The position numbers and the translations under genes were made by a program. Below, piece after piece: positions 44,080-53,527 of a stretch of DNA of 64,000 nucleotides. The notes beneath the pieces are model-generated. The model made no database searches. It saw nothing but the letters and a program-made list of their open reading frames with translations, and was not told the DNA's origin. Positions within the stretch are counted from its first letter, which is position 1, and each line of letters begins with the position of its first letter. The DNA comes from a virus. Its lineage: Duplodnaviria; Caudoviricetes. Location of the stretch: positions 8,493 to 72,492 of IMG/VR virus record IMGVR_UViG_2932480793_000001. One strand, given 5' to 3'.

Positions 44080-44817
44080 CGGTTCTTCTTCCTGGCTGCT
44101 CGCCGCGTGGCCCGGTTGGCCCGCGGTTGGGGTTGGCCGTCGGGGACGTGCTGTTCGCCGGTGGGTTGGAGGACGGTTTCCCACCTGGCCCCGGGGCGGC
44201 CGGCGTGCTCGCCCCGGGGTGTGGTGGACGGCCGGCTCATGGCCGCCTCGGCTTGACGTTGCCCGCCGCATCGAGGTGCCCGTCGGCGGTCGCGAGAAGC
44301 CGCACCGCCCTAGCCAGGACGGTGGCCGGGGACTGGCCGCGGTACAGGCGCAGCAGGCGTGACGTCTCCGGGGTGAGGAGGACGGTGAGCGGGCGGATCA
44401 TGCGTGTCTCCTTCGGTTGGCGGGGTCAGGCGGTGGCTGCGCGCCCAGTGGCGCGGGCGGCGCGGCATCGGGGGTACGGGCAGCCGGCCACCGGGGGCAG
44501 GTGGTGCGCGTTGCAGACGGCGAGTTGGTCGGTGCACTGGGCGGCAACGAGGTGCCCGACGAGTTCGCGGAGCCGGGCGGCTTCCTCGGGGAGGAGTACG
44601 CCGCGTTCGGCGCGGTCGAGGAGGTGGTCGAGTTCGTCCGGCTGGCCGGTCACCGGGCCCCCTCGGGCTGGCCGCACGTGTTCTCGTGGCGGCGCAGCTC
44701 GGCTTCGCGGGTGCCTGGGGGCTTGCGGTCTCCGCAGCGGCCGCATTCCCAGACGGGGCAGCCGTTGACGTAGATGGACCGGTAGCGGGCGGGGCGTCGC
44801 GGCATGGTCGGGGTCAT
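44076..44817 (-). other. Chain of four small coupled ORFs (44076-44240, 44237-44401, 44426-44653, 44650-44817)
   Basis: ATGA/GTGA overlaps; 54-75 aa each; two carry Cys motifs. Confidence 0.55.
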
Positions 44818-45236
44818 CGGGCCCCCTCGGTGTGGAACGTCCACCAGCCGTCGTAGCCCTCGGGCATTGCCGGGTAGTTGGCGAGCATCGGCTCCAGGAG
44901 CGTCAGGTGCAGGGCCTGCTCGAACGGCTTCTGCGACCCCCAGTACCGCTCGCCGTCCCAGCGTCCGTGAGGGTCGCCGCCGTACCGGCTGTCGAGGTCG
45001 TTGCCGAGGATCGCCTCGGGGCTGGAAACGTCCGGCTCCTCCCGGAGCCAGTGGGCCCACAAGTTCAGGGATCCGAGGCAGGCGTAGGTGGTGCCGTTCT
45101 TGCGCCGGAACCAGACCGCCTGGCAGTTCCCGGACAGCCAGTAGGCGTCGTGCTGGTGGGTGGTTTCGATGGTGACGGTGGACAGGTCGATGGCGAACGG
45201 TTTGCGGCTGATGAGGAAGCGGTCGGTGCGGCGCAC
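44814..45236 (-). CDS. Hypothetical phage protein
   Basis: GTG start MRRTDRFLISRKPF with RBS GAAGGA. Confidence 0.7.
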   Translation of the reverse strand: MRRTDRFLISRKPFAIDLSTVTIETTHQHDAYWLSGNCQAVWFRRKNGTTYACLGSLNLWAHWLREEPDVSSPEAILGNDLDSRYGGDPHGRWDGERYWGSQKPFEQALHLTLLEPMLANYPAMPEGYDGWWTFHTEGAR

Positions 45237-45295
45237 GGGTGGTCCTTCCGGGTTGGGGTGGCCGCCCCACCCGGGGCGGCCACACAGCAGGGGCG

Positions 45296-45667
45296 TCAGG
45301 CGGCGGGGCGGTTGGCGAGGTCGAGGAGGACGGCGGCGTGGCAGTGGTCCGGCTCGCCGGGCGCGGGGAGCGGGCAGTAGCAGGCGAGGTTCTTGCCGCG
45401 CAGCTCGTGCAGCCCGTCCAGCAGCCGCTTGCGGGTGGCGGCGGCCTCGGGGCCCATCCACCACTGGTCGGAGCCGCGCACCCAGGACCGGAACGCCATG
45501 TGGCACGCCTCGCGGGCCTGCTCGGGCGTCTCAGCTCCCAGCCACTCGGTGGCCCCGGCGAGGGTGAACGGGTTCCCGAACCGGCTGGGCCTGGTGACGA
45601 TCACGGTGTTGTCGGGCTTGCGCCATCCCTTGGTGCGGCGGCGCTGGATGCGGGTGGGCGTGGTCAT
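45296..45667 (-). CDS. DUF4326 family protein
   Basis: RIQRRRTKGWR..RPSRFGNPF..LRGKNLACYC..CHAAVL. Confidence 0.9.
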   Translation of the reverse strand: MTTPTRIQRRRTKGWRKPDNTVIVTRPSRFGNPFTLAGATEWLGAETPEQAREACHMAFRSWVRGSDQWWMGPEAAATRKRLLDGLHELRGKNLACYCPLPAPGEPDHCHAAVLLDLANRPAA

Positions 45668-45960
45668 CGTGTGGGCTCCTCGGGCGCTCGGGTGCGGGCG
45701 GTGAACGTAAGGGCGGGGCCGCGTGCCGGGGGCGGGTCGTTCCGGTGTTTCCACGCGTCCCAGCCCTGCACCGGGTGGGCGATCAGCCAGCCGATGTTCT
45801 CGGCGGACAGGACGGCGTACACGGCCCAGCGGCGGGGCCCGGTGGGGCGTTTCCCGTACCGGTGCCAGTTCGCCCAGTCGGAGACGCGGTGGAGGGGCTT
45901 GTAGCGGCCGAGCCCGTATCCGGCGGTGAGCGCGGCCAGCACGGCGGCAAGGGCGGTCAC
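45664..45960 (-). CDS. Hypothetical membrane-associated protein
   Basis: MTALAAVLAALTAGYGLGRY..; coupled. Confidence 0.65.
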   Translation of the reverse strand: MTALAAVLAALTAGYGLGRYKPLHRVSDWANWHRYGKRPTGPRRWAVYAVLSAENIGWLIAHPVQGWDAWKHRNDPPPARGPALTFTARTRAPEEPTR

Positions 45961-47168
45961 TGGGTCTCCTCGGGCGCGGCAGGGGCAGCGGGCGGGGTGG
46001 CTCGGCCGTAGTCCCAGGCGCGGTTCCAGTCGGCGTGTGATCCGGTGTGCCCGGGGTCCAGTTGGCAGGTGGACTCGTCGTACTGGTCGCCGCAGACGGG
46101 AGCGTCCGCCTCCCTGGTGGGCGGCTGCACCCCGGCGGCAGCGTCGGCGGCCTCGTGGTCGCACAGTTCGTGGTCGCCCTCGGCGTGGGCCATCAGCCGC
46201 TCGTGCGTCGTGCACGGCTCCCCGCCCGGCTCGCACGCTCCGACGCTGCACGGGGTGGCCACGTACTCGGCTTCGTCGACCAGCGCGCGGAGGCGGTCGG
46301 CCTGCTCGGTCAGTTCCCGGGCGGCGAACGACTCCTCGCCGTAGTCGGAGCTGGACAGGTCCTTCAGCACTGCGGCCCGACCGTCGAGAGTGGCGGCGAC
46401 CCAGCGGAGCACGGCGGCCCGGTCGGCAGGCGCGGGCGGGGCGGCGGCAGGGCGCGCGTCCAGGCAGCGCGTGTCAGAGCCGGGGCTGTGGATCCACCCG
46501 GGCCCGTCGGGGTGGGTCATCCACTCGATCGGGTCTCCGCAGACGCACCGGCGGTCGCCCTCGGCCGCGCTGGTGCCGAGGAGCTGCCGTCCGCAGCGGG
46601 CCCCCTTCAGCCACTCCCGGACGTCCCCGGTCGTGACCGGGCGCTGCTCGCGGTCGGCGATGTCGCAGCACTCCCCGACGAACGCCAACGCGTCCTGCGC
46701 CCGGTACAGCTGGGTGGCGAGGTCGTTGGCCTGGTCGCGCGCCTCCTCGGCGGTGAGGAGCGGGCAGGGGCCGCCGTTGCACGCCCCGCTGGTCCCGCAC
46801 TCGGGGCAGGCCGCGCTGGTGCCGAGGAGCTGCCGGGCCACCGTGGCGGCGACCGCCGCGATGTTGCGCGGGTCGTCGATGGTCACGCTGATCTCGGGGT
46901 GCTTGTCGCACTGCTCGTACACGGCGGCGGCCATCGCCTCCATCAGCGAGTCACCGTCGACCCAGACGGCGGCGGGGGCGGGCTCCGGTGTCGGCGCGTG
47001 CTCGGCGGCCAGGTGCTCGCGGACGATCCGCGCCCGGCTGTCGGCGTACTTGTCCGGCACCCCGTGGCACGCCCAGTGGCAGCCCGGCTCGGTGCAGCGG
47101 ATCGGGGTGATCGGGCCGAGCGGACCCTCGGCGGGGCGGTCAGCGGGGGTGGGGGTGGTGTCGGTCAT
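45957..47168 (-). CDS. Mosaic Cys/His-rich hypothetical protein
   Basis: Start MTDTTPTPADRP; several short Cys/His modules. Confidence 0.7.
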   Translation of the reverse strand: MTDTTPTPADRPAEGPLGPITPIRCTEPGCHWACHGVPDKYADSRARIVREHLAAEHAPTPEPAPAAVWVDGDSLMEAMAAAVYEQCDKHPEISVTIDDPRNIAAVAATVARQLLGTSAACPECGTSGACNGGPCPLLTAEEARDQANDLATQLYRAQDALAFVGECCDIADREQRPVTTGDVREWLKGARCGRQLLGTSAAEGDRRCVCGDPIEWMTHPDGPGWIHSPGSDTRCLDARPAAAPPAPADRAAVLRWVAATLDGRAAVLKDLSSSDYGEESFAARELTEQADRLRALVDEAEYVATPCSVGACEPGGEPCTTHERLMAHAEGDHELCDHEAADAAAGVQPPTREADAPVCGDQYDESTCQLDPGHTGSHADWNRAWDYGRATPPAAPAAPEETQ

Positions 47169-47248
47169 CGGGGGCTCCAGGTGAGTGCGGGTACGGTGGG
47201 CGGGCCGGCTGCCCCCGGGTCCAACGGGGGCAGCCGGTCGTGCGTGGG

Positions 47249-48223
47249 TCATGCGGCGGTGAGGTGAAGCTGCGAGCGGGCCGCAGCGCGGAGGGCGGCG
47301 AACCCGGCCTCGGCCTGAAGGGTCACCACGCTGTTCCCAGCCCGCTTGATCTGCTGCGGGCGCGGCATGTCCGCGTGGTCGGTGATCAGGCCGGTGTCGA
47401 TGCCCATCACCCACTCGGCGAAGCGCGGGCAGATCCGCAGATTGCCCCGGGTGTCGAGGGACGTCGGCGCCGGTGCGGACCGGCCGAGGACGGTTTCCCA
47501 GCGGCGGATCGCCGGACCGTAGTCGTGGCCCAACTCCGGTGCCCGCCAGTGCTCGTCAAGGCGGACGGCAACCCCGGGGAGGTAGTAGTTGCCCTGCCCG
47601 TCCCGCTGGTTCGGGCCGCCGTTCGGGCCGTCGGAAGCCTTCGGGGTGGGCAGGAGGCGGGCGACCGGGTCGACCGTGGGCGCCGGAGCCGGAACCTCGA
47701 CCGCGACGCCCACGCCGGGGACGGCGTAGCCGAGCCACCGGGGCCGGCCATGCGGGGCACCAACCGACGACGCGTAGGTGATCGTCCAGTACAGGTCGTA
47801 GCCCAGCCGGTTCAGGTGATCGGCCACCACGTCCAAGCCCCGGCGCTTCAACGCCGCCACGTTCTCCAGGAACACCTCGGCCGGGCGGATCACGTCGATC
47901 GCCTGGGCCACGTTCCGCCACAGCCCAGAGCGCGGGTCGTCCAGGCCGAGGCGGTGTCCGTTGTTGCTGATCCCCTGGCACGGCCACCCGGCGATCAGGG
48001 TGGACAGGTCCGGGTAGGAGGCGGCGACGTCCGCGTAGTTGATCTCGTCGATGGCCCCGAGGTTCATCACCCCCGGCAGCAGGCCGGCCATCACCTGGGC
48101 GGCCCACAGGTCCTTCTCCGCGTAGACGGCGGTCGCCGCGCCCGTCAGGTGTTCCACCGCCTTGTCGAGGGCGCCGACACCCGAGCACAGACTGATCGCG
48201 GTCGGGGTTGCGGATGGGTTCAT
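47249..48223 (-). CDS. DNA cytosine-5 methyltransferase (1)
   Basis: Motif I LCSGVGA, motif IV AGWPCQ, motif VI LENV, motif X RAGNSV. Confidence 0.92.
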   Translation of the reverse strand: MNPSATPTAISLCSGVGALDKAVEHLTGAATAVYAEKDLWAAQVMAGLLPGVMNLGAIDEINYADVAASYPDLSTLIAGWPCQGISNNGHRLGLDDPRSGLWRNVAQAIDVIRPAEVFLENVAALKRRGLDVVADHLNRLGYDLYWTITYASSVGAPHGRPRWLGYAVPGVGVAVEVPAPAPTVDPVARLLPTPKASDGPNGGPNQRDGQGNYYLPGVAVRLDEHWRAPELGHDYGPAIRRWETVLGRSAPAPTSLDTRGNLRICPRFAEWVMGIDTGLITDHADMPRPQQIKRAGNSVVTLQAEAGFAALRAAARSQLHLTAA

Positions 48224-48470
48224 CAGAGGCTCCAAAGGGTCGGTTGAACGAATCTGAGCGGGAGGGCGGTCTGCCCGGGGATGGGTTCTGGGGTCGGATC
48301 GGCCCGCTGGGCGTCTCCCTGACGTTCTCCGCCCCGCTGGGACTCCCGGACGCCGGAAGCCCGTTCGGCCGCGAGAGACCCCGTTCTGGCCCGCGACGGG
48401 GATGCTGCGGCCTCGCGCCCGCGCCCCGATTCAGGACCGGTCCCCCGCGAGTCGGAGTTCAACGTGCGCA

Positions 48471-48626
48471 TCACGCCGCCTCCCCATACGCCCGCAGGTC
48501 CCGGTTCGTCGACCACGTCTCCCCGCAGTTAGGGCAGCGGTACAGGTGGCTGACCTGCGTGTTATCCCGATGCTCGGCGATGGGTTGCACGCGTTCCCGA
48601 GGGCAGCTCGGGCAGTTGTCGGTCAC
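48471..48626 (-). CDS. Small Zn-ribbon protein (51 aa)
   Basis: CPSC..YRCPNCGETW; GTGA overlap with the dnaB stop. Confidence 0.7.
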   Translation of the reverse strand: MTDNCPSCPRERVQPIAEHRDNTQVSHLYRCPNCGETWSTNRDLRAYGEAA

Positions 48627-49996
48627 GTGTGCGCCATGTCGACGAACCGGCTGTAGTGCAGCTGGGCGGCGACTGTGATGACCGCGGTGGGCCCGTTGCG
48701 GTGCTTGTCGACGATGAGGTCGACTTCGCCGGCGCGGGCGGAGTCCTTCTCGTAGGCGTCTTCGCGGTGGAGGAGGATCACGACGTCGGCGTCCTGCTCC
48801 AGGGATCCGGACTCGCGGAGGTCGGACTTGGTGGGCTTCTTGTCCTGCCGCTGTTCGGGCCCGCGGTTGAGCTGGGCGAGGACGACGACAGGGACTTCGA
48901 GGTCTTTGGCCATGAGCTTGATTGCGCGGCTCATGTCGGAGACTTCCTGCTGCCGGTTCTCGGCGCGGCGCCCGTTGCCGGAGCTGACGAGTTGCAGGTA
49001 GTCGATGACGATGAGGGCGAGCCCGGACCGTTGCTTGATCTTCCGGGCGCGGGCTTTGATCTGCGTCATCGTCAGCGTCGACGTGGCGTCGATGGTGATG
49101 GGGGCGGCGGTGACGTCGGGGAGCCGCTGGGCAAAACGGGCCCAGTCGGAGTCGGTCATGTTCCCGCCGCGGATGTGGTGCAGGGCGATGCGGGCTTCGG
49201 CGGACATGATGCGGTGCTGGACTTCCCGCCGGCTCATTTCGAGGCTGAACAGCACGGACGGCTGCTGGTGCTTGATGGAGCAGGAGCGGAGGAAGTCGAC
49301 GGCGAGCGTGGACTTTCCCATGGCGGGCCGGGCGGCGATGATCACCATCTGGCCGGGGTGCAGCCCCTTGAGGAGTTCGTCGAGGTCGGCAAACCCGGTG
49401 GGGACGCCCATCGCGGCCCCGTTCTTCTCCAGCTCGACGAGCTCGTCGACCATCTGGTCGAAGTCGTCGCCGATGGGTGCGGAGTCGGGGTCTTCGCTGG
49501 CCTGGATGGCGTTGTTGAGTTCGGTCTGGGCGGCGTCCGCGGTTTCGTCGGGGTCTCCCCCGGCGTACCCGAGCTGGGTGATGCGGGTTCCGGCCTGGGT
49601 GATCCGCCGGAGTTTCGCAGCGCCGTGGACGATGTCGGCGTAGTAGCCGGCGTGCGCGGCACTGGGGGTCTGCTGCACCAGGTCGGAGGCCGCGGTGATG
49701 CCTCCGACCCGGTCGAGGAGCCCGGCTTCGCGGAGTTCGTTGGTGACGGTGATCGGGTCGACGGGCTCGCCCTTGGCGTACAGGGCGGTGATGGCGCCGT
49801 AAACGATGGCGTGGGCGGGCCGGTAGAAGTCGTCGGCTTCGAGGGGCCCGTCGAGGACTTCGCCGATGGCGTGGGGGTGGAGCATCATCCCGCCGAGGAC
49901 GGACACTTCGGCGTCCAGGTTGGCGGGCGGCATCCGCTCGAAGTCCGCCGCGGGTGCGGTGTCGGCGGGGGTCCAGAGGTCGGTGTCGATGCTCAT
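48623..49996 (-). CDS. dnaB: Replicative DNA helicase DnaB
   Basis: AARPAMGKS, FSLEMS, IVIDYLQL, AQLNRG, SDLRESGSLEQDAD and KHRNGP. Confidence 0.97.
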   Translation of the reverse strand: MSIDTDLWTPADTAPAADFERMPPANLDAEVSVLGGMMLHPHAIGEVLDGPLEADDFYRPAHAIVYGAITALYAKGEPVDPITVTNELREAGLLDRVGGITAASDLVQQTPSAAHAGYYADIVHGAAKLRRITQAGTRITQLGYAGGDPDETADAAQTELNNAIQASEDPDSAPIGDDFDQMVDELVELEKNGAAMGVPTGFADLDELLKGLHPGQMVIIAARPAMGKSTLAVDFLRSCSIKHQQPSVLFSLEMSRREVQHRIMSAEARIALHHIRGGNMTDSDWARFAQRLPDVTAAPITIDATSTLTMTQIKARARKIKQRSGLALIVIDYLQLVSSGNGRRAENRQQEVSDMSRAIKLMAKDLEVPVVVLAQLNRGPEQRQDKKPTKSDLRESGSLEQDADVVILLHREDAYEKDSARAGEVDLIVDKHRNGPTAVITVAAQLHYSRFVDMAHT

Positions 49997-50703
49997 GCGG
50001 CCTGCCCCCTGCGGCGGTCGGGGCCGGTGATGACGACGCGCTGACACATCTCGTTGAGCCGGGACGCGACCCGGTCACCTAGGCGGCCGGCGAGCTCCTT
50101 GGGTGCGACGTTCGACGTGAGCAGGGTGGGCAGCTTGTTCTCGTACCGGTGGTTGATGAGCCGGAAGTTGATGTCTTCGGTGAACTCGCTGACCTTCGCA
50201 GCGCCAATGTCGTCGAGGAGGAGAACGGTGGCGTTCACGTACTTGGCGAACTCGGCTTCGGTGTCGACGCCGTGCCGGACCCGGAGCTTCGCGTAGAGGT
50301 CGGCTGCGGTGGTGACGGTCCACCGGGCAACGACACCGGTGACGGCAAGTTCCCGGATCGCGGCATGCGCCTCGTAGGTCTTCCCGACCCCGGTGGGGCC
50401 GAGGAGCAGCAGCGAGGGGCCGCGGACGACGCTGGGGACGGGGGCGTTGCGTTCGGCCTGGACCTTGCGGGCCTGGTCGGCGAGCGCGGTGATCCACTGG
50501 CTGATCTCGGGGCGTTCGGACACGGCCCGCTGGTAGATGAACGGGATGTTCTTGGCGGTGGTGTGTGCGGACCAGCGGGCGATGTTCGGCTCGCTGAACG
50601 GGTCGCCGTTGTCGGTGGTGAACCAGTCGGCGGTACGGCCCTGGCGGGCGAGCAGCGGCAGCAGGCCGTGCTTGGCGGGGTCGTAGGGCGGGATCAGGTC
50701 CAT
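49993..50703 (-). CDS. DnaC/IstB-like helicase loader ATPase
   Basis: GPTGVGKT, LLLDDIG, PTLLTSN, GDRVASRL and GPDRR. Confidence 0.93.
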   Translation of the reverse strand: MDLIPPYDPAKHGLLPLLARQGRTADWFTTDNGDPFSEPNIARWSAHTTAKNIPFIYQRAVSERPEISQWITALADQARKVQAERNAPVPSVVRGPSLLLLGPTGVGKTYEAHAAIRELAVTGVVARWTVTTAADLYAKLRVRHGVDTEAEFAKYVNATVLLLDDIGAAKVSEFTEDINFRLINHRYENKLPTLLTSNVAPKELAGRLGDRVASRLNEMCQRVVITGPDRRRGQAA

Positions 50704-50706
50704 GGG

Positions 50707-51675
50707 TTAGAGCTCCTCGTAGTAGCTGGAGTGGTCTTCGGGGTTGCGCCAGGGCTGGTAGTCGCCGACGGCTCGGAGGTGGGGGCGGCCGGGCTGGTCG
50801 GGTTCGTCGTCGTAGCAGCCCTTGTTGAGCCAGGTGGCCGGGTACTTCGTGTACTTGGGGTCCTCGTTGGCTCGCTCGCGGGCGTAGCCGGCGGCGGCGG
50901 TGACGATGTGCTGGGGGTCGGCTCCGCGGCCGAGGGCAGCAACCCAGGCCTTGCGGGCTTCCTCGCGGGCCTTCTTCTTCGGGTAGTTCAGCCAGAAGGC
51001 TCCGAAGGCTTTGCTGTGCTCGTCCTGGGCCGGTTTGGCAGCGCGCGGCTTGCTGGCGGGCTTGGCCTCTTCCGGGGCTGCTGCGGCGTCTTGCTGAGCC
51101 GGAGGCGAAGAAGAGTCTTTATGTAGTTGGTTGACTGGTGGTTGTTGGTGGTTAGGGCGGCGTTGAGTGCGTGACGGCTGGGCGTTAAGTGCGTGACGGC
51201 TGGGCGCAGAGTCTGTGACATCGCCTGTCACGGACTCTGCGTCCGTGACAGTCACAGGCTTTGAGTCCGTGACGGTCACAGACTCTGCGCCTGTGACACC
51301 CCTCGATCGGGACCGCCGCTTCCGCTCCGCAGCCGCCGCCCTGTACTCGTTCTCCTCGCGCTCCAGATCCGTCCAGTCCGACGCCGGGCGCACCATCTCC
51401 ATGGCCAGCTGCCACCGCGTCCGGCTGTCGACCGAACCGTCCCGGCGGATCAGCCCGGCCTTCTCCAGCCGTCGCAGTGCCCGCTGCACCGTCGTCCGGT
51501 CGTAGCCGGTCCGGTATTGGATCCGAAGCACCGAGGGGTGGGTGTTGGTGCCCGCCGGGTTGGCGTACTCGGCGAGCACCTGAAGGACGTGCCGGCCCGT
51601 GGTGTCGGGCTTGCCCTTCTCGGTGCGCGGCATGGGCGCCTTGTCCATGGCCCAGTCGACTGCCTCGGTGCTCAC
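50707..51675 (-). CDS. Phage replication initiator (HTH N-terminus, internal iterons)
   Basis: VLQVLAEYAN..HPS..RTTVQRALRRL; FGAFWLNYPKK; YPATWLN; upstream of loader and helicase. Confidence 0.9.
   Translation of the reverse strand: MSTEAVDWAMDKAPMPRTEKGKPDTTGRHVLQVLAEYANPAGTNTHPSVLRIQYRTGYDRTTVQRALRRLEKAGLIRRDGSVDSRTRWQLAMEMVRPASDWTDLEREENEYRAAAAERKRRSRSRGVTGAESVTVTDSKPVTVTDAESVTGDVTDSAPSRHALNAQPSRTQRRPNHQQPPVNQLHKDSSSPPAQQDAAAAPEEAKPASKPRAAKPAQDEHSKAFGAFWLNYPKKKAREEARKAWVAALGRGADPQHIVTAAAGYARERANEDPKYTKYPATWLNKGCYDDEPDQPGRPHLRAVGDYQPWRNPEDHSSYYEEL
51166..51297. repeat. Iterons / phage origin of replication
   Basis: Three GTCAC-N13-GTGAC units with 24-bp period (51227, 51251, 51275) plus a duplicated GTGCGTGACGGCTGGGCG, next to a GT/AT-rich tract. 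Confidence 0.8.
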
Positions 51676-51767
51676 GGGTTCTTCTTCCTGGCGGTGTGGA
51701 TAGGTACGGGCGGGGGCGGTGTGGGGCCCGCGGTCGGGTCAGGTGGGGGCGGGGTCCGGGCGGGGCG

Positions 51768-52811
51768 TCACGCGGCGGCCAGCTGGTGTGCGGGCTGGGT
51801 GATGCCGGCGGCGTGGAGTAGGTCGGCGGCGAAGGGGACGGGTACGGCGTTGCCGACTTGGAGGTGCTGGGAGCCGGCGAGGCCGTGGAACTTGAGGTCG
51901 GGGCGGAAGCCTTGGAGGGCGGCGCATTCGGCGACGGTCGGGCGGAGGTTCGGCTTCGGCGTCTTGCCGGCGGCGAGTTCCTTGGCGGTGGGTTTGCGGA
52001 GCGGGACGTCGCGGTCGCGCCAGAGCGGCTTGCCGTTGTCGTCGACCATGCCCATGGCCTTGGCCATCGCCTGCCGTGTCCCGTTGCCGAAAGGTTCGGC
52101 TCCCCCGGTCGCGGTGCCTCCCCCCGTGACGGTTGGCGCGGGCCGCTGGGTGTAGCCCCAGCCGACAACGTCGGCCATAGCGACGAGCGGGGGCTGGCCG
52201 AGTCCGCCGTGGGTGCGCGGGGGCAGGGCGACTTCCTGGGTGCGGGAGGCGAGGAGGACGGCGCGGGGCCGGTGCTGCCCGAGTCCGCGGTGGGCGGGGT
52301 CGAGGACGCCGGTGGCGGTGCTGTATCCCCAGCGGGTGAGGATTTCGGCGTACTGCTCCCAGACAGGGAGGACGGACGGGACCTGCTCCATGGCGATGGC
52401 TTCGGGCTGGAGGTCGTAGTGCCAGCGCATGGGTTCGGCGGTGAGGATGGACCGCCAGTCGAGGCAGGCGGCCCCGATGGCAGCCCGGGTGTCCATACCG
52501 CGGGAGAGGTCTTCGATGGCCTGGTGGACGCGGGGCAGGTCGCGGAGGCCGAGTTGTTTGCCGGACCTCCCGAACCCGGGGCAGGGCGGGCTGTCGACCT
52601 TGTTGATGCGCCGGCCCTTGAAGGGGTACGTCGGGAAGGTAGTGACGTCCCAGCGGATCGTGTCGTGACCTGCGTTGATGCGGGTGCGGCAGGTGTCGGT
52701 GTTGAACTCAAGGCCGATCTCGTCTGCGGGGAGGGCTTCGGACCAGCCGATACCTGCGAAGCCGTGGACGTTCAGGACGTTGGAGGCTGCCGTGAACATT
52801 GCTCCGGTCAT
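51768..52811 (-). CDS. DNA cytosine-5 methyltransferase (2), divergent
   Basis: FAGIG, SPPCPGF, MEQV, QHRPRA and CAALQGF..QVGNAVP. Confidence 0.88.
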   Translation of the reverse strand: MTGAMFTAASNVLNVHGFAGIGWSEALPADEIGLEFNTDTCRTRINAGHDTIRWDVTTFPTYPFKGRRINKVDSPPCPGFGRSGKQLGLRDLPRVHQAIEDLSRGMDTRAAIGAACLDWRSILTAEPMRWHYDLQPEAIAMEQVPSVLPVWEQYAEILTRWGYSTATGVLDPAHRGLGQHRPRAVLLASRTQEVALPPRTHGGLGQPPLVAMADVVGWGYTQRPAPTVTGGGTATGGAEPFGNGTRQAMAKAMGMVDDNGKPLWRDRDVPLRKPTAKELAAGKTPKPNLRPTVAECAALQGFRPDLKFHGLAGSQHLQVGNAVPVPFAADLLHAAGITQPAHQLAAA

Positions 52812-52878
52812 GCAATTCACCTCGTGGGCAGGGATTTGGGCGCGCGACGGCATTGGCAATTCGTCGCCGAGTTCGACA

Positions 52879-52923
52879 ACTTCATGTACATCATAGCGCT
52901 CAACGCGCTGATGTACATGAAGT
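52879..52923. promoter_or_regulatory. Inverted-repeat operator with TGTACA cores
   Basis: ACTTCATGTACATCA-15 nt-TGATGTACATGAAGT perfect 15-bp arms between divergent MTase and phd genes. Confidence 0.8.
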
Positions 52924-52943
52924 CCGTGAGGTACAGTACAGAC

Positions 52944-53219
52944 ATGACCGCGCCCAAGAAGGAGCACCAGAGCAAGATCGCGGACGCGCGCAACGCGCTC
53001 GCCGACGCCATCGAGAAGGCCCGCTACTACGACGAGACGACCGTGCTCACCTCCCGCGGGAAGCGCGTCGCCGTCCTCGTCGGCATGGACTTCTACGAAC
53101 GCGCCCTGGAAGCCCTCGGTGAGACGCGCGAACTGGTCGAGCCTGAGCCGGAGAAGAAGCGCACCGTGAAGGTCCCGAAGGGCACGCTCGACCGCGCCCG
53201 CGGCGCCGACTCGGACTGA
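52944..53219 (+). CDS. Orphan Phd/YefM-family antitoxin-like regulator
   Basis: IADARNALADAIEKA..TTVLTSRGKRVAVLVGMDFYE; no toxin ORF adjacent. Confidence 0.85.
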   Translation: MTAPKKEHQSKIADARNALADAIEKARYYDETTVLTSRGKRVAVLVGMDFYERALEALGETRELVEPEPEKKRTVKVPKGTLDRARGADSD

Positions 53220-53299
53220 CATCACTTCCCCTCCTCCCTCCCCCGCCCCGGCGGGGTTGTTGTGCGTGTGGGCGGGCCACGTGTGGTGGCCCGCCCTTG

Positions 53300-53527
53300 T
53301 CATGCGGCCTGCTGGTTCATGCGTCGGCGTTGGTTGCGGGTGGTGCCGCCCCAGATGCCGTGGTCTTCGGGTGCGGTGAGCGCGTGGTCAAGGCAGCGGC
53401 GGCGGACCGGGCAGCCCTTACAGACCTTGATGGCGGCCAGGGGTGCCCCGGATTCCGGGAAGAACAGCTCCGGATCGGTGGTCTGGCAGATGCCTTCTTC
53501 GTGCCACGACGTGTCGAGGTCGCTCAT
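53300..53527 (-). CDS. WhiB family transcription factor
   Basis: W....C..TDPELFFP..C..CPV...C..GIWGG. Confidence 0.95.
   Translation of the reverse strand: MSDLDTSWHEEGICQTTDPELFFPESGAPLAAIKVCKGCPVRRRCLDHALTAPEDHGIWGGTTRNQRRRMNQQAA

Noticed and set aside
46563-46835. Diversity-generating retroelement TR/VR pair
   Set aside because: The repeat is exact and only 27 bp, with no adenine-specific mismatches and no reverse transcriptase in the window
51768-53303. 511-aa MTase as called in the ORF track
   Set aside because: The N-terminal extension overlaps the plus-strand phd gene and its operator; the real start is probably 52811
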